Shown here in pieces: positions 27,090 to 40,139 of a stretch of DNA of 64,000 bases. Origin of the DNA: Eledone cirrhosa (lineage: Eukaryota); contig OZ024749.1 of the NCBI GenBank assembly GCA_964016885.1, forward strand, positions 33,294,001 through 33,358,000. Reading direction: 5' to 3'. The first letter of the stretch is position 1. Each line of letters begins with the position of its first letter. The notes under the pieces were generated by a model. The model did no database searches. It was not told where the DNA came from and saw nothing but the letters and a program-made list of their open reading frames with translations. The position numbers were made by a program, and so were the translations under genes.

Positions 27090-28659
27090 GTGTATAGGCC
27101 GAGAGAAACACGCACAATAAACACTCAACACGCCATCACCATATATATTAACTGAGAAGTATTTATATTGTTAAAACTGGCGCAAAGCCACAGAACTCCG
27201 GCTTAAGATTCTATTGTAAACATTTTGAAAAATCACATTTATTCTGAACTTTAGCCACGTAGGTAGTTATAATAAAGTGATGATTGTTAGCGAAAACTGG
27301 CGGAAATCACTACAGTGTGGGACGAATGCCTTGCGGTATTTGTTACAGCTCTGTGGATAAATCCCACCGAGGTCATATTTGCCTTTCATCGTCCCGAGAT
27401 TAATAAAATGAAGTACCAGTCATGTATTGCGTTCACTAATGCGAAGTACTAGGCAAATAGTGGGGTCGATCGTACCAGTGAAGTACAAGGGGTTTCGTTA
27501 AAATAAAATATCAGTCATACACTGGGGTTGATAATAAATAAAGTACCAGTCGTATACTGGCTATGATAATTAATTAAGTACAATTTTCAGAGATAGATAG
27601 ATAGGGAGAAGGAATGAGAAAGAAAGTGTGTGTGTGTGATGGAGGAGGAGAGAGAAAAAGAAAGGTAGAGGGAGAGGTAAAGAAACAGATAGATAGATAA
27701 AGATAAACAGAGAAGGAGAAAAGCAGAGATAGTGAGAGAGAAATAGATAAAGGTAGATAGATAGTAGATAGATAGATATAGGGAGGGTGATGTTGTTTGG
27801 GAATCTATCTGGATCATTTGGTGATGGTTACTTCTGATATGACCCTTTGGAAGGCATTTCTAAGGACTCTGCTACCACGACCCTCTCAGGAATATGTGGG
27901 CAAAGAAGAAGTAAAGAATTTGCACAGAAGGCAACCATATTTGCTCTTACACCACCGACACCAACTGAATAATCTTTAGGTTGATAAAATACAAACAAGA
28001 ACAGAACATAATTAATAAATTCAGACATACAAAACACAATGGGTCGGCCGAAAGTCGAACCAGGATCGTCTGCTAACCATTGCATCACCAACGCTAGACG
28101 TCGGACATTTTTTCGTTTTAGCAAAAATATTTACGAAAATGCTGATCATAATTGTAAAGAGTAAAAATAAAAATAAAGATTTTCTTCGATAAATCTGCTG
28201 CTGCATCGGCTTAGTTTCCCAATATATGTCCATTAGTTCACATCCAACGGGATTTGAAATCGTGTCACATATTCGACTCCTTATCAACAGATTGACTCTT
28301 AACTGCACGACATTCACAAAGCAAGCAAGTAAACAAGAAAGAAAGAACGAAAAGAGAATGAAAGAAAGAAAGCATACAAATAAGCGGACACAAAAATGCA
28401 CACACAGTCGTAGTGATGCGTGAAAATTGCGGCTGGAGGGATATATGCATGGATGCATGAATGGTTGATGGTACGGATGGAGATATTTACACAGATGGCT
28501 TTTGTTTATTATCGCATACGCCTCTGTTTTTACTTCTACTTCTAATGGGATAAGTATACATGCTGAACAGTAATATATACACACGTACAGGTATACACAC
28601 ACACACACACACACACAAACATACATGCGTGCTAATATATATGTACACACACATATATA

Positions 28660-28726
28660 TATATACTAATATATATATATATACACATATATGTATATAT
28701 ATATACGTATATATATATATATATAC

Positions 28727-28758
<32 letters not shown>

Positions 28759-28807
28759 GTATATATATATATATTTATATATATATATACGTATATATAT
28801 ATATATT

Positions 28808-28842
<35 letters not shown>

Positions 28843-28909
28843 ATATATATACGTATATATATATATATTTATGTATATATATATATATTTATATATATGT
28901 ATATATATT

Positions 28910-28988
<79 letters not shown>

Positions 28989-28991
28989 ATT

Positions 28992-29053
<62 letters not shown>

Positions 29054-29283
29054 TATATATAATATATTTATATATATATATATTTATATATATATATATT
29101 TATATATATATATATTTATATATATATATATTTATATTTATATATATATATATTTATATATATATATATTTATATTTATATATATATATATTTATATATA
29201 TATATATACACATATATGTATATATATATACACATATATGTATATATATACACATAATATATGTATATATATGTATATATATG

Positions 29284-29331
<48 letters not shown>

Positions 29332-29406
29332 TGTATATATATACACATAATATATGTATATATATGTATATATATGTATATGTATGTATATGTATATATA
29401 TGTATA

Positions 29407-29452
<46 letters not shown>

Positions 29453-29481
29453 TGTATATATATACACATAATATATGTATA

Positions 29482-29537
<56 letters not shown>

Positions 29538-29584
29538 TGTATATATATACACATAATATATGTATATATGTGTATATATGTATA

Positions 29585-29630
<46 letters not shown>

Positions 29631-29760
29631 TGTATATATATACACATAATATATGTATATATGTGTATATATATATATATGCATATACACACATATATAT
29701 GCATTTATATATATGTATATATATATATATTTATACATACGCACATATATATACACATAT
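28660..29760. repeat. ~1.1-kb interrupted (TA)n low-complexity tract
   Basis: Direct reading; periodic TTTA, TACG and CACATAAT interruptions. Confidence 0.95.
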
Positions 29761-29964
29761 ATGTGCACATGCATGCATATCTATCTATATATATATATGC
29801 AAGTATATGTAAACACACATATACATATGCACATATCCGTGCATGTAACCTCTTACAGGCAGCATACTTACTTACATGGAAGTGTGTAAAGACAGGCATA
29901 CTTATATGTATGTAGAGACAGCTGTACATACAAGTGTGTGTGTAGAGAGATAGACATTCTTACA

Positions 29965-32900
29965 TCTATGTATGTCGAGACAGGTGTACTTATATGTATG
30001 TGTATGTCGAGACAGGTGTACTTATATGTATGTGTATGTCGAGACAGGTGTACTTATATGTATGTGTATGTCGAGACAGGTGTACTTATATGTGTATGTA
30101 GAGACATACATATATGTGTGTGTATGTAGAAACAGGGTACTTATATGTATGTGCATGTAGAGACATACATATATACATGTGTGTATGTCGAGACAGGTGT
30201 ACTTATATGTATGTGCATGTCGAGACAGGTGTACTTATATCTATGTGTATGTAGAGACATACATATATACATGTGTGTATGTCGAGACAGGTGTACTTAT
30301 ATGTATGTGCATGTCGAGACAGGTGTACTTATATCTATGTGTATGTAGAGACATACATATATACATGTGTGTATGTCGAGACAGGTGTACTTATATGTAT
30401 GTGTATGTAGAGACATACATATATGTGTGTGTATGTAGAAACAGGGTACTTATATGTATGTGCATGTAGAGACATACATATATACATGTGTGTATGTCGA
30501 GACAGGTGTACTTATATGTATGTGCATGTCGAGACAGGTGTACTTATATCTATGTGTATGTAGAGACATACATATATACATGTGTGTATGTCGAGACAGA
30601 TGTACTTATATGTATGTGCATGTCGAGACAGGTGTACTTATATCTATGTGTATGTAGAGACATACATATATACATGTGTGTATGTCGAGACAGGTGTACT
30701 TATATGTATGTGTATGTAGAGACATACATATATACATGTGTGTATGTCGAGACAGGTGTACTTATGTGTATGTAGAGACATACATATATACATGTGTGTA
30801 TGTCGAGACAGGTGTACTTATATGTATGTGTATGTAGAGACATACATATATACATCTGTGTATGTCGAGACAGGTGTACTTATATGTATGTGTATGTAGA
30901 GACATACATATATACATGTGTGTATGTCGAGACAGGTATACTTATATGTATGTGTATGTAGAGACATACATATATACATGTGTGTATGTCGAGACAGGTG
31001 TACTTATATGTATGTGCATGTAGAGACATACATACATACATGTGTGTATGTCGAGACAGGTGTACCTATATGTATGTGTATGTAGAGACATACATATATA
31101 CATCTGTGTATGTCGAGACAGGTGTACTTATATGTATGTGTATGTAGAGACATACATACATACATGTGTGTATGTCGAGACAGGTGTACTTATATGTATG
31201 TGTATGTAGAGACATATATACATGTGTGTATGTCGAGACAGGTTAACTTATATGTATGTGTATGTAGAGACATAGATATATGTGTGTGTATGTAGAAACA
31301 GGGTACTTATATGTATGTGCATGTAGAGACATACATATATATACATGTGTGTATGTCGAGACAGGTTTACTTATATGTATGTGCATGTAGAGACATACAT
31401 ATATACATGTGTGTATGTCGAGACAGGTGTACTTATATCTATGTGTATGTAGAGACATACATATATACATGTGTGTATGTCGAGACAGATGTACTTATAT
31501 GTATGTGTATGTAGAGACATACATATATGTGTGTATGTAGAAACAGGTGTACTTATATGTATGTGCATGTAGAGACGTACATACATACATGTGTGTATGT
31601 CGAGACAGGTGTACTTATATCTATGTGCATGTAGAGACGTACATACATACATGCGTGTATGTCGAGACAGGTGTACTTATATGTATGTGCATGTAGAGAC
31701 ATACATACATGTGTGTATGTCGAGACAGGTGTACTTATATGTATGTGCATGTAGAGACATACATACATACATGCGTGTATGTCGAGACAGATGTACTTAT
31801 ATGTATGTGCATGTCGAGACAGGTGTACTTATATCTATGTGTATGTAGAGACATACATATATACATGTGTGTATGTCGAGACAGGTGTACTTATATGTAT
31901 GTGTATGTAGAGACATACATATATACATGTGTGTATGTCGAGACAGGTATACTTATATGTATGTGTATGTAGAGACATACATGTGTGTATGTCGAGACAG
32001 GTGTACTTATATGTATGTGCATGTAGAGACATACATACATACATGTGTGTATGTCGAGACAGGTGTACCTATATGTATGTGTATGTAGAGACATACATAT
32101 ATACATGTGTGTATGTCGAGACAGGTGTACTTATATGTATGTGTATGTAGAGACATACATACATACATGTGTGTATGTCGAGACAGGTGTACTTATATCT
32201 ATGTGTACGTAGAGACATACATATATGTGTGTATGTAGAAACAGGTGTACTTATATGTATGTGTATGTAGAGACATACATACATACATGTGTGTATGTCG
32301 AGACAGGTGTACTTATATCTATGTGTATGTAGAGACATACATATATGTGTGTATGTAGAAACAGGTGTACTTATATGTATGTGTATGTAGAGACATACAT
32401 ATATACATGTGTGTATGTCGAGACAGGTGTACTTATATGTATGTGTATGTAGAGACATACATATATACATGTGTGTATGTCGAGACAGGTGTACTTATAT
32501 GTATGTGTATGTAGAGACATACATATATACATGTGTGTATGTCGAGACAGGTGTACTTATATGTATGTGTATGTAGAGACATACATACATACATGTGTGT
32601 ATGTCGAGACAGGTGTACTTATATCTATGTGTATGTAGAGACATACATATATGTGTGTATGTAGAAACAGGTGTACTTATATGTATGTGTATGTAGAGAC
32701 ATACATATATACATGTGTGTATGTCGAGACAGGTGTACTTATATGTATGTGTATGTAGAGACATACATATATACATGTGTGTATGTCGAGACAGGTGTAC
32801 TTATATGTATGTGTATGTAGAGACATACATATATACATCTGTGTATGTCGAGACAGGTGTACTTATATGTATGTGTATGTAGAGACATACATATATACAT

Positions 32901-33365
32901 GTGTATATGTCGAGACAGGTGTACTTATATGTATGTGTATGTAGAGACATACATACATGTGTGTATGTCGAGACAGGTGTACTTATATGTATGTGCATGT
33001 AGAGACATACATACATACATGCGTGTATGTCGAGACAGGTGTACTTATATCTATGTGTATGTAGAGACATACATATGTGTGTGTATGTAGAAACAGGTGT
33101 ACTTATATGTATGTGTATGTAGAGACATACATACATACATGCGTGTATGTCGAGACAGATGTACTTATATGTATGTGCATGTCGAGACAGGTGTACTTAT
33201 ATCTATGTGTATGTAGAGACATACATATATACATGTGTGTATGTCGAGACAGGTGTACTTATATGTATGTGTATGTAGAGACATACATACATACATGTGT
33301 GTATGTCGAGACAGGTGTACTTATATGTGTGTGTATGTCGAGACAGGTGTACTTATATGTGTGTG
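29965..33365. repeat. Satellite of ~62-bp heterodimers (32-bp ATGTCGAGACAGGTGTACTT... plus 30-bp ATGTAGAGACATACAT...)
   Basis: Direct reading. Confidence 0.95.
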
Positions 33366-33371
33366 TTTAGG

Positions 33372-33960
33372 GGATTCTTGAAGATGACCCAAGGTGTGGA
33401 CGTCCTGCAACTGCCACCACCGAGGAACACATTGATCATGTTCATCGCCTGGTGGTCGATGGCAGACAACTGACATTAGATCAAATAGCCAATGTTATTA
33501 GCATATCCCGTGAGAGAGTTGAGAATATTCTGCACGATGTACTTGGCATGGCGAAGGTTTCTGCTTGGTTGGTGCCATGTCTTCTGACACCTGGTCCAAA
33601 ATGTACCATGCTGATCACATTGTTTGAGGCAGATCCAGCTGGTTTTCTTGAACGGTTTCTAACCAAGGATGAGTGTTGGGTTCATCAATTTGAGGCAGAG
33701 ACAAAGAGACACCGCTCCTCACCTGCTCCAAGGAATGCCAAGGTCCTTCATTAGCAGATTTGGTGATAGCATCAGATTTTGAGGATGCAAAAGTCATTGT
33801 GTTTATTGACTATCTTCAAAAGGACCACACCATCAATGGAGAGTACTATGCCAACTTGCTGGGACAGTTATTAAAGGCTACCAAGATCATACGCCGAGGA
33901 AAACTGACGAACGGGGTCTTGTTTCATCAGGACAATGCTACAGCACATAGGTCCTGGAGG
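33372..33960 (+). pseudogene. Mariner (DD34D-type) transposase relic
   Basis: LEDDPRCGRP, KVSAWLVPCLLT (WVP.L motif), FLTKDECWVHQFE (TGDEKW-like), TINGEYYANLL, FHQDNATAH; deletions and frameshifts. Confidence 0.9.
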
Positions 33961-34013
33961 TATGCTCAAATATGGGCCTTGAAATATTAGGTATCGCCTT
34001 TGTTCCATGTATG

Positions 34014-34100
<87 letters not shown>

Positions 34101-34103
34101 TTA

Positions 34104-34289
34104 TCCCGGGTTCAATCGGGGGTAACCACAGTAAGTAAGGTACTCAATAAATAGCAAAGTATAAATATTTAATATAGAAATGGCTTCTACAGGACTAGAA
34201 CTGTTTCATTCGGGAGAAATCCTCTGGAAGCTTCCTGGGGATTTCTCTCGAATGAAACAGTTCTAGTCCTGAAGAAGCCATTTCTATAT

Positions 34290-34297
<8 letters not shown>
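34104..34297 (-). mobile_element. Fold-back element, family B
   Basis: Palindrome ~34166-34295 with GAAACAG-TTCTAGTC-CTGTA (HHR 3' half) on the minus strand; tail TATTGAGTACCTTACT...CGATTGAACCCGGGA. Confidence 0.8.
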
Positions 34298-34341
<44 letters not shown>

Positions 34342-34835
34342 CAGTCGATCGACTTTCCTCAAATCGGACCGAGGAAACAATGTTTCCATTGGTATTTCCA
34401 GTTGCTAATACTATCTATCGGTCGCAACTCCAGGTAGAAGGATCAATGTGAAATAAGTGTCTTGCTCAAAGACATAACGTATCATCCGGTCCAGGAATCG
34501 AACTCACAAACCCACGATTGCGAATTCAATGAAGAGAAATTTTTAGAGAATGCCTCCATCTCAAAAGCTATAAGAAGAGAATGCTGTAAATCAGTTCAAC
34601 CCGACGCTCTAATGACTTAAAATTCAGCGCCTGTACTTTTTTCAATTGAACGCTCCCTAAAATCCCGCAGCATCAAATTATTTTTAACTTTGTTTAAAGA
34701 AAATAATTTCCTCACCATTTAAATTGAATTTGCTGCTAGTTAACTTACAACTGAACGGCGAATGCTTGTTGCCATTTTTAAAGAAAGCCAAACGTGCTTA
34801 TCACACACACACACATGTATATATATATATATACA

Positions 34836-35052
<217 letters not shown>

Positions 35053-35575
35053 ATATATATATATACGGATGTATATATTACATATGTGTGTGTGTGTGCG
35101 TTTATGTATATATATATATATGTGTGTGTGTGTATGTATAAAGCAAAACGTGCTGATCACATATATACATAAAGCAAATATTCGAGGCGTCAATAAACCC
35201 TCCTTTCAAAGGTGTTCTTTATATTTGCACATTTCCCTTTGCTGAAAAGGTTATTGAAAAAAAAAAAAAAGACAGAAAGAAAAAAAAAAGAGAAAAGTTT
35301 TATTCATGGTGGAAATATTTTGAAAACTTATCTTCTCGAAATATAGTTTCTTCAGAAATTAATGATCAAAAAAAAAAAAAAAATGTAGAAGAATAACAAG
35401 CAGACAAATATTACAACAAAACAAAATGTAAAGAAAGTAGGTTAGATTTTATTTTGAAAATGCCTAATCTTATTAAAGGAGGAACTCGAGAAAATAATGC
35501 CGTAAACTAAGGGATAAAAGTATTGATTGAGAAACGGTAGTAACGTGGAAAAGAGGAATATCTAAATACAACAAA

Positions 35576-35763
35576 TAATTGTTTCTACTTTTGGCGCAAG
35601 GCCAGCAATTACCCCAGTGCATTATTGGTACTTTATTTTATCTACCCCGCAAGGATGAAAGGCAAAATTAGCCTCGGCGGGATTTGAACTCAGAACGTAA
35701 AGGGCCATAACTCTATGCTATAAAGCATTGTGTCCAACGCTCTACCGATTCTGCTAATCCACC
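35576..35763 (-). mobile_element. Family 1 SINE
   Basis: Head, core and tail recognisable. Confidence 0.85.
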
Positions 35764-35914
35764 ACAACAAATAATGTAGTTCTAACATTGGTAGAAGGCC
35801 AGCCATTTGAGGGAAAGGGGAAAGTAAATTATATTAACCCTAGTGTTTAACTGGGACTTTATTCTATCGCCCCCCCCCCCATATGATCTAAATCCAAAGT
35901 CTGTCTTAAGTCAG

Positions 35915-36186
35915 AAGGTTCGTTAGGCGGTGTTTATCCCGGTTTCATGGCGTGAAGCGACTGAGAGTACAAGACTTCCCCCTGGACAGGACGCCAGTCC
36001 ATCGCAAGATTAAACCCCCAACTATTGCTGGTACTCATTTTCGGCTCAGTATACTGGAACAAAGTGAAATGAAGTGTTTTGCTCAAGAACTCAACACGCA
36101 AGAATCGAACACAACATGCCCAGGAATCGAACACACGACATTATGATCGTAAGTCCAACACCCTTACCACTAAGCCACGCGGCTCC
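35915..36186 (-). mobile_element. Family 2 SINE, nested among family 1 SINE fragments
   Basis: Head GGAGCCGCGTGGCTTAGTGGTAAG...GTTCGATTCC; homologous to 17845-18116. Confidence 0.8.
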
Positions 36187-36697
36187 AACCCCGATAAGGA
36201 TGAAATAGAATGTTGACCATGGCGGGATTTGATCTCAGAAAGAGGAACGTCGTAAAAATACCACAAAGCATTTTGTCCGACGCTCTATCGGTTCTGCCAA
36301 TCCACCCTTCTTTTAATTGTTTCTACTTTTGGTACAAGGCCAGCAATTTGAAGGGAAGGAGAAAGTTGGTTATATCGACCCCAATGCGTTACTGGTACTC
36401 TATTTTATCGTGCCTGTAAAGATGTAAAGCAAAGCTAATAACAACAACATCAACATCAATAATACAGAACTGTGTGAATATACTGAAGAATTGAAGAATT
36501 TAATTTATTGATTCTTACTAAATTATTTTCGGATTTTGTAGTGAAATAAAAAATAATTTAGTAAAGGATTATTGTAGGATTTATTTTCAACGCTTGTGGC
36601 CAATTTCGGCAGAGAATCTGCCAGAATCCTGTTTTTATCTTTGTTGTTTGTTTTGCTTTGTAAATTCCTATTCCTTTAAACATCATTATCATTATTA

Positions 36698-37000
36698 CCT
36701 GGCAGAAAAGGTAGAGCGTTGGGTAATATACTTTGCAGCATAGAGTTACGGCCCTTTATGATCAAATCCCGCCGAGGTTAACTTTGCCTTTCATACTTAC
36801 GGGGGTCGATAAAATAAAATACCAGTCACGCACTGAGGTCGATTCAATCGACTTTCCCCTCCCCACCAAAATGGCTGTGCCTATATAAGAGACCATTATT
36901 AAATAAATAAATCATCATTATTATCTTGGGGTCGATAAAATAAAGTACCAGTAATGTACTGGGTAATTGCTGGCCTTGTGCCAAAAGTAGAAACAATTAT
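36698..37000 (+). mobile_element. Family 1 SINE plus an adjacent 3' fragment
   Basis: Core and tail motifs present. Confidence 0.75.
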
Positions 37001-37134
37001 TATCTTTATTTTTATTGTGTGTTGTCACTGCATTACCGAGCACAGCTCTGTATGCTTTGGATATGTGCAGTGCTTAGTAGTGCCTTTCTCTGTATGTTGT
37101 AGATAAAGCAAGAAGCTTTGGTTTCACTATTGAC

Positions 37135-37570
37135 CGGCAGAGATCCCAGAGAGAACCAACAGTAACCAACATAGATCTGGATTTTGCTGATGATATAGTG
37201 GTGTTGTCAAATGAAATCAATCAACCACAGGAACTGCTAAGACGCGTAGAAACATAATCTGCAAACTACATACAAATCCCAAGAAAACCGAATATATGAT
37301 CTTCAACCAATTGAGTAACACCGAACTGTTCTCATTGAGCAGTTGTAAAATGAATGTTGTTGAAAACTTTTAAGTACTTAGGCAGTTGGGTGAACAGTTT
37401 TGAAGCACATATCAAAGTGAGGACGGTGAAAGCTTGGACAGCCTATCACAAACTAAAGAAAATCTGGCTCTAGAAGGATCAAAATCAAACTGTTCTTTGC
37501 AACTATTGAATCCATTCTTTTTTATGGCAGTGAAACATGGACACTGATTGAGAAGTTGACAAGCGGTCTA
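37135..37570 (+). pseudogene. Decayed non-LTR (RTE-like) LINE reverse transcriptase fragment
   Basis: DLDFADDIVVLS (YADD box), KKTEYMIFN, KYLGSWV, AWTAYHKLKKIW, IESILFYGSETWTL; stops and frameshifts. Confidence 0.88.
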
Positions 37571-38242
37571 AAATAAAATACCAGTAAAGAACTGGCGTCA
37601 ATCGACTTTCCCTTCATCTAAATTGCTGGCTTTGTGCCAATGTTAGAAAGAATTGTTTAGAAGGTGTTTGGAACATAGTTTCACAAAGGTTCTTATCTAA
37701 AATTATGATGGAAAGTGGTTTTGTTTTTTAGATAAATATAAACAGATTAAAAGAAACAGCGATTTCAGGCGGTGTAGTATGAAAAGGGTTCAACCGTAAC
37801 TCTAATATGGCAGACTAGTTAGTCCGTCCATTATATTTGCGAGCAGAGTAAATAATGATGCCGCTCACATTGCCACAAGAAGGCAAATGTTTTAAGGGAG
37901 AATACTAATAATAATCGATATATAAATGTACATGATAGTATGATCGATATACAAATATGCAATGGAAAATAATCTATACGTAAATATGTTCAAGGGCGTA
38001 TAATTGAGATAAGTCTTCTTCCCCGGGGTCTAATTAATACATAGTTTATTGACGCTGAATTTCGACTTTTGTCTTTCATACTATCGATGAAGTAAGTACC
38101 AATCATATATTGATATTGATTCGATTGATTTTAAACCTTCACCTACAAAAATTAGCCTTTTTCATAGTGGAAAACATAAAATCAATATCATACTACATAT
38201 ATATACATTATATACATACACATATATATATATATATATATA

Positions 38243-38402
38243 TCTTCAGAAGCTCCCGTTAAGGGTGAAAGCAGCGATTCTTTGCTTAAACTTTATCTGT
38301 TATTTTAATAAATATTTGCTCTACGGTTCTTATATATTTGATATATTTTTATCCTTATCGAGCCCTCTTTGGCTTTTAGTCTTCAAATTTATTATTATTA
38401 CT
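38243..38402 (+). mobile_element. Family C element between (TA)n tracts
   Basis: Homologous to the 15062 and 26735 copies. Confidence 0.8.
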
Positions 38403-38620
38403 ATATATATATATATATATGTAGATAAATCTACCAAGAGTTTACGGTAGTGTCCAATCCGTATGAAGAACTCAATGTAATCCGGATATCATGGAAAGAA
38501 GAGATGCAATGAAAATTCACTTTCGGTGAAAGATAAACGAAATACAGAGTCAAGATAAAATATTAAAAAAATAATGAATAAAACAATGAAACAGTTCCTT
38601 ATATTAAACAAAAAAAGTTC

Positions 38621-38768
38621 ATTATTTAACGATCGTTTCTGGGATATATATGTGTTAGAATTGGCATGTATATTTAACAGATCTATGTACAAAATTATAC
38701 AAAATTATACAAACTATCAAAATTAAATATACATACCAACTCATATATATGCCGTCTTCAGAAATAAT
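38621..38768 (-). ncRNA. Type I hammerhead ribozyme with long stem II (mirror copy)
   Basis: Reverse complement of 38904-39051. Confidence 0.78.
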
Positions 38769-38903
38769 AATTATTTCTGAAGACGGCATATATATGAAAT
38801 AATAATTATTATATATATGAATAATTATTATATATATGAATAATTATTATATATATGAATAATTATTATATATATGAATAATTATTATATATATGAAATA
38901 ATA

Positions 38904-39051
38904 ATTATTTCTGAAGACGGCATATATATGAGTTGGTATGTATATTTAATTTTGATAGTTTGTATAATTTTGTATAATTTTGTACATAGATCTGTTAAAT
39001 ATACATGCCAATTCTAACACATATATATCCCAGAAACGATCGTTAAATAAT
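38904..39051 (+). ncRNA. Type I hammerhead ribozyme with ~115-nt stem II domain
   Basis: Stem I ATTATTT/AAATAAT; CTGAAGA at 38911; stem II AGTTGGTATGTATATTTAA/TTAAATATACATGCCAATT; GAAA at 39033; palindromic stem III ACGATCGT; GUU triplet. Confidence 0.78.
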
Positions 39052-39108
39052 GAACTTTTTTTGTTTAATATAAGGAACTGTTTCATTGTTTTATTCATTA
39101 TTTTTTTA

Positions 39109-39169
<61 letters not shown>

Positions 39170-39179
39170 ACACACACAC

Positions 39180-39239
<60 letters not shown>

Positions 39240-39253
39240 ACACACACACGCAC

Positions 39254-39310
<57 letters not shown>

Positions 39311-39456
39311 TTGTGTGCGGCGTGTGTATGTGTATATATATAATAAATTACTTTATTATATATTTATGTAATAACATGAGTCTTATATCGTATACTATAT
39401 AAAAGATATCGTTATGTGTAATACATCATTATATAGTATAGAACCGAATTAATATA

Positions 39457-39695
39457 ATAATTGTTTCTACTTTTGGCACAAGGCCAGCAATCACCCACTA
39501 CATTACTGGTACTTTATTTTATCGACCCCGTAAGGATGAAAGGCAAAGTCAACCTCGGCGGGATTTGAACTCAGATCGTAAAGGGACGTAACTATGCTTG
39601 AAAGCATGGCGTCCGACCCTCTACCGATACTGCCAATCCACCGCCACTACATTACTGGTACTTTATTTTATCGACCCCGTAAGCATGAAAGGCAA
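39457..39695 (-). mobile_element. Family 1 SINE with a partial tandem duplicate
   Basis: Full copy to ~39645, then CCACTACATTACTGGTAC...GAAAGGCAAA repeated. Confidence 0.85.
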
Positions 39696-40061
39696 ATAGT
39701 ATTTAATATAAACAGCATTTAATAATCATAGAATGGCGTTGTATGAACAGCGGGGGGCTACATAAGAAAACTGAGCCCCTCATGCTGTTGGGAAATGTGG
39801 ATTGGCGTGTGGGTGGTGGGAGCTAAACTGGTGCTATTTCCAATCTCCAAAGGGAATTGAAATTGGGTCGTTGATTTAAGTTTGTTGAGAACCTTGTGCT
39901 ACGCTAGAGCACGCCCTACAGTATACTAAATAACGATTTTAGGCTAGCACAGATACACACACACACAGACACTCGCATAGGCGCACACACACACGCACAC
40001 ACACACAGACACACATACGCACACACACACACATACACACACGCACATATATATAAACATA

Positions 40062-40139
40062 CAGGGTGTCCCAAAAAATATGCACACACTTCAAGAGCAT
40101 TCTAATAAAAGTGTGTATATATTTTTTGGGGACACCCTA
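40062..40139. mobile_element. 78-bp Tc1/mariner-type MITE
   Basis: TA-CAGGGTGTCCCAAAAAA...TTTTTTGGGGACACCCTA-TA; near-palindromic. Confidence 0.75.

Larger units (their letters stand above)
38420..39117. mobile_element. Large fold-back element with two mirror-image HHRs and a tail
   Basis: ~38555-38770 is the reverse complement of ~38902-39117; centre holds ~19-bp tandem repeats; minus-strand tail has CATTGAGTTCTT. Confidence 0.88.

Noticed and set aside
27797-27930. Possible LINE C-terminal remnant (TLWKAFLRTLLPRPSQE)
   Set aside because: Too short to assign by eye
19495-33365. CRISPR-like regular arrays
   Set aside because: Units are contiguous with no unique spacers, there are no cas genes, and the context is eukaryotic
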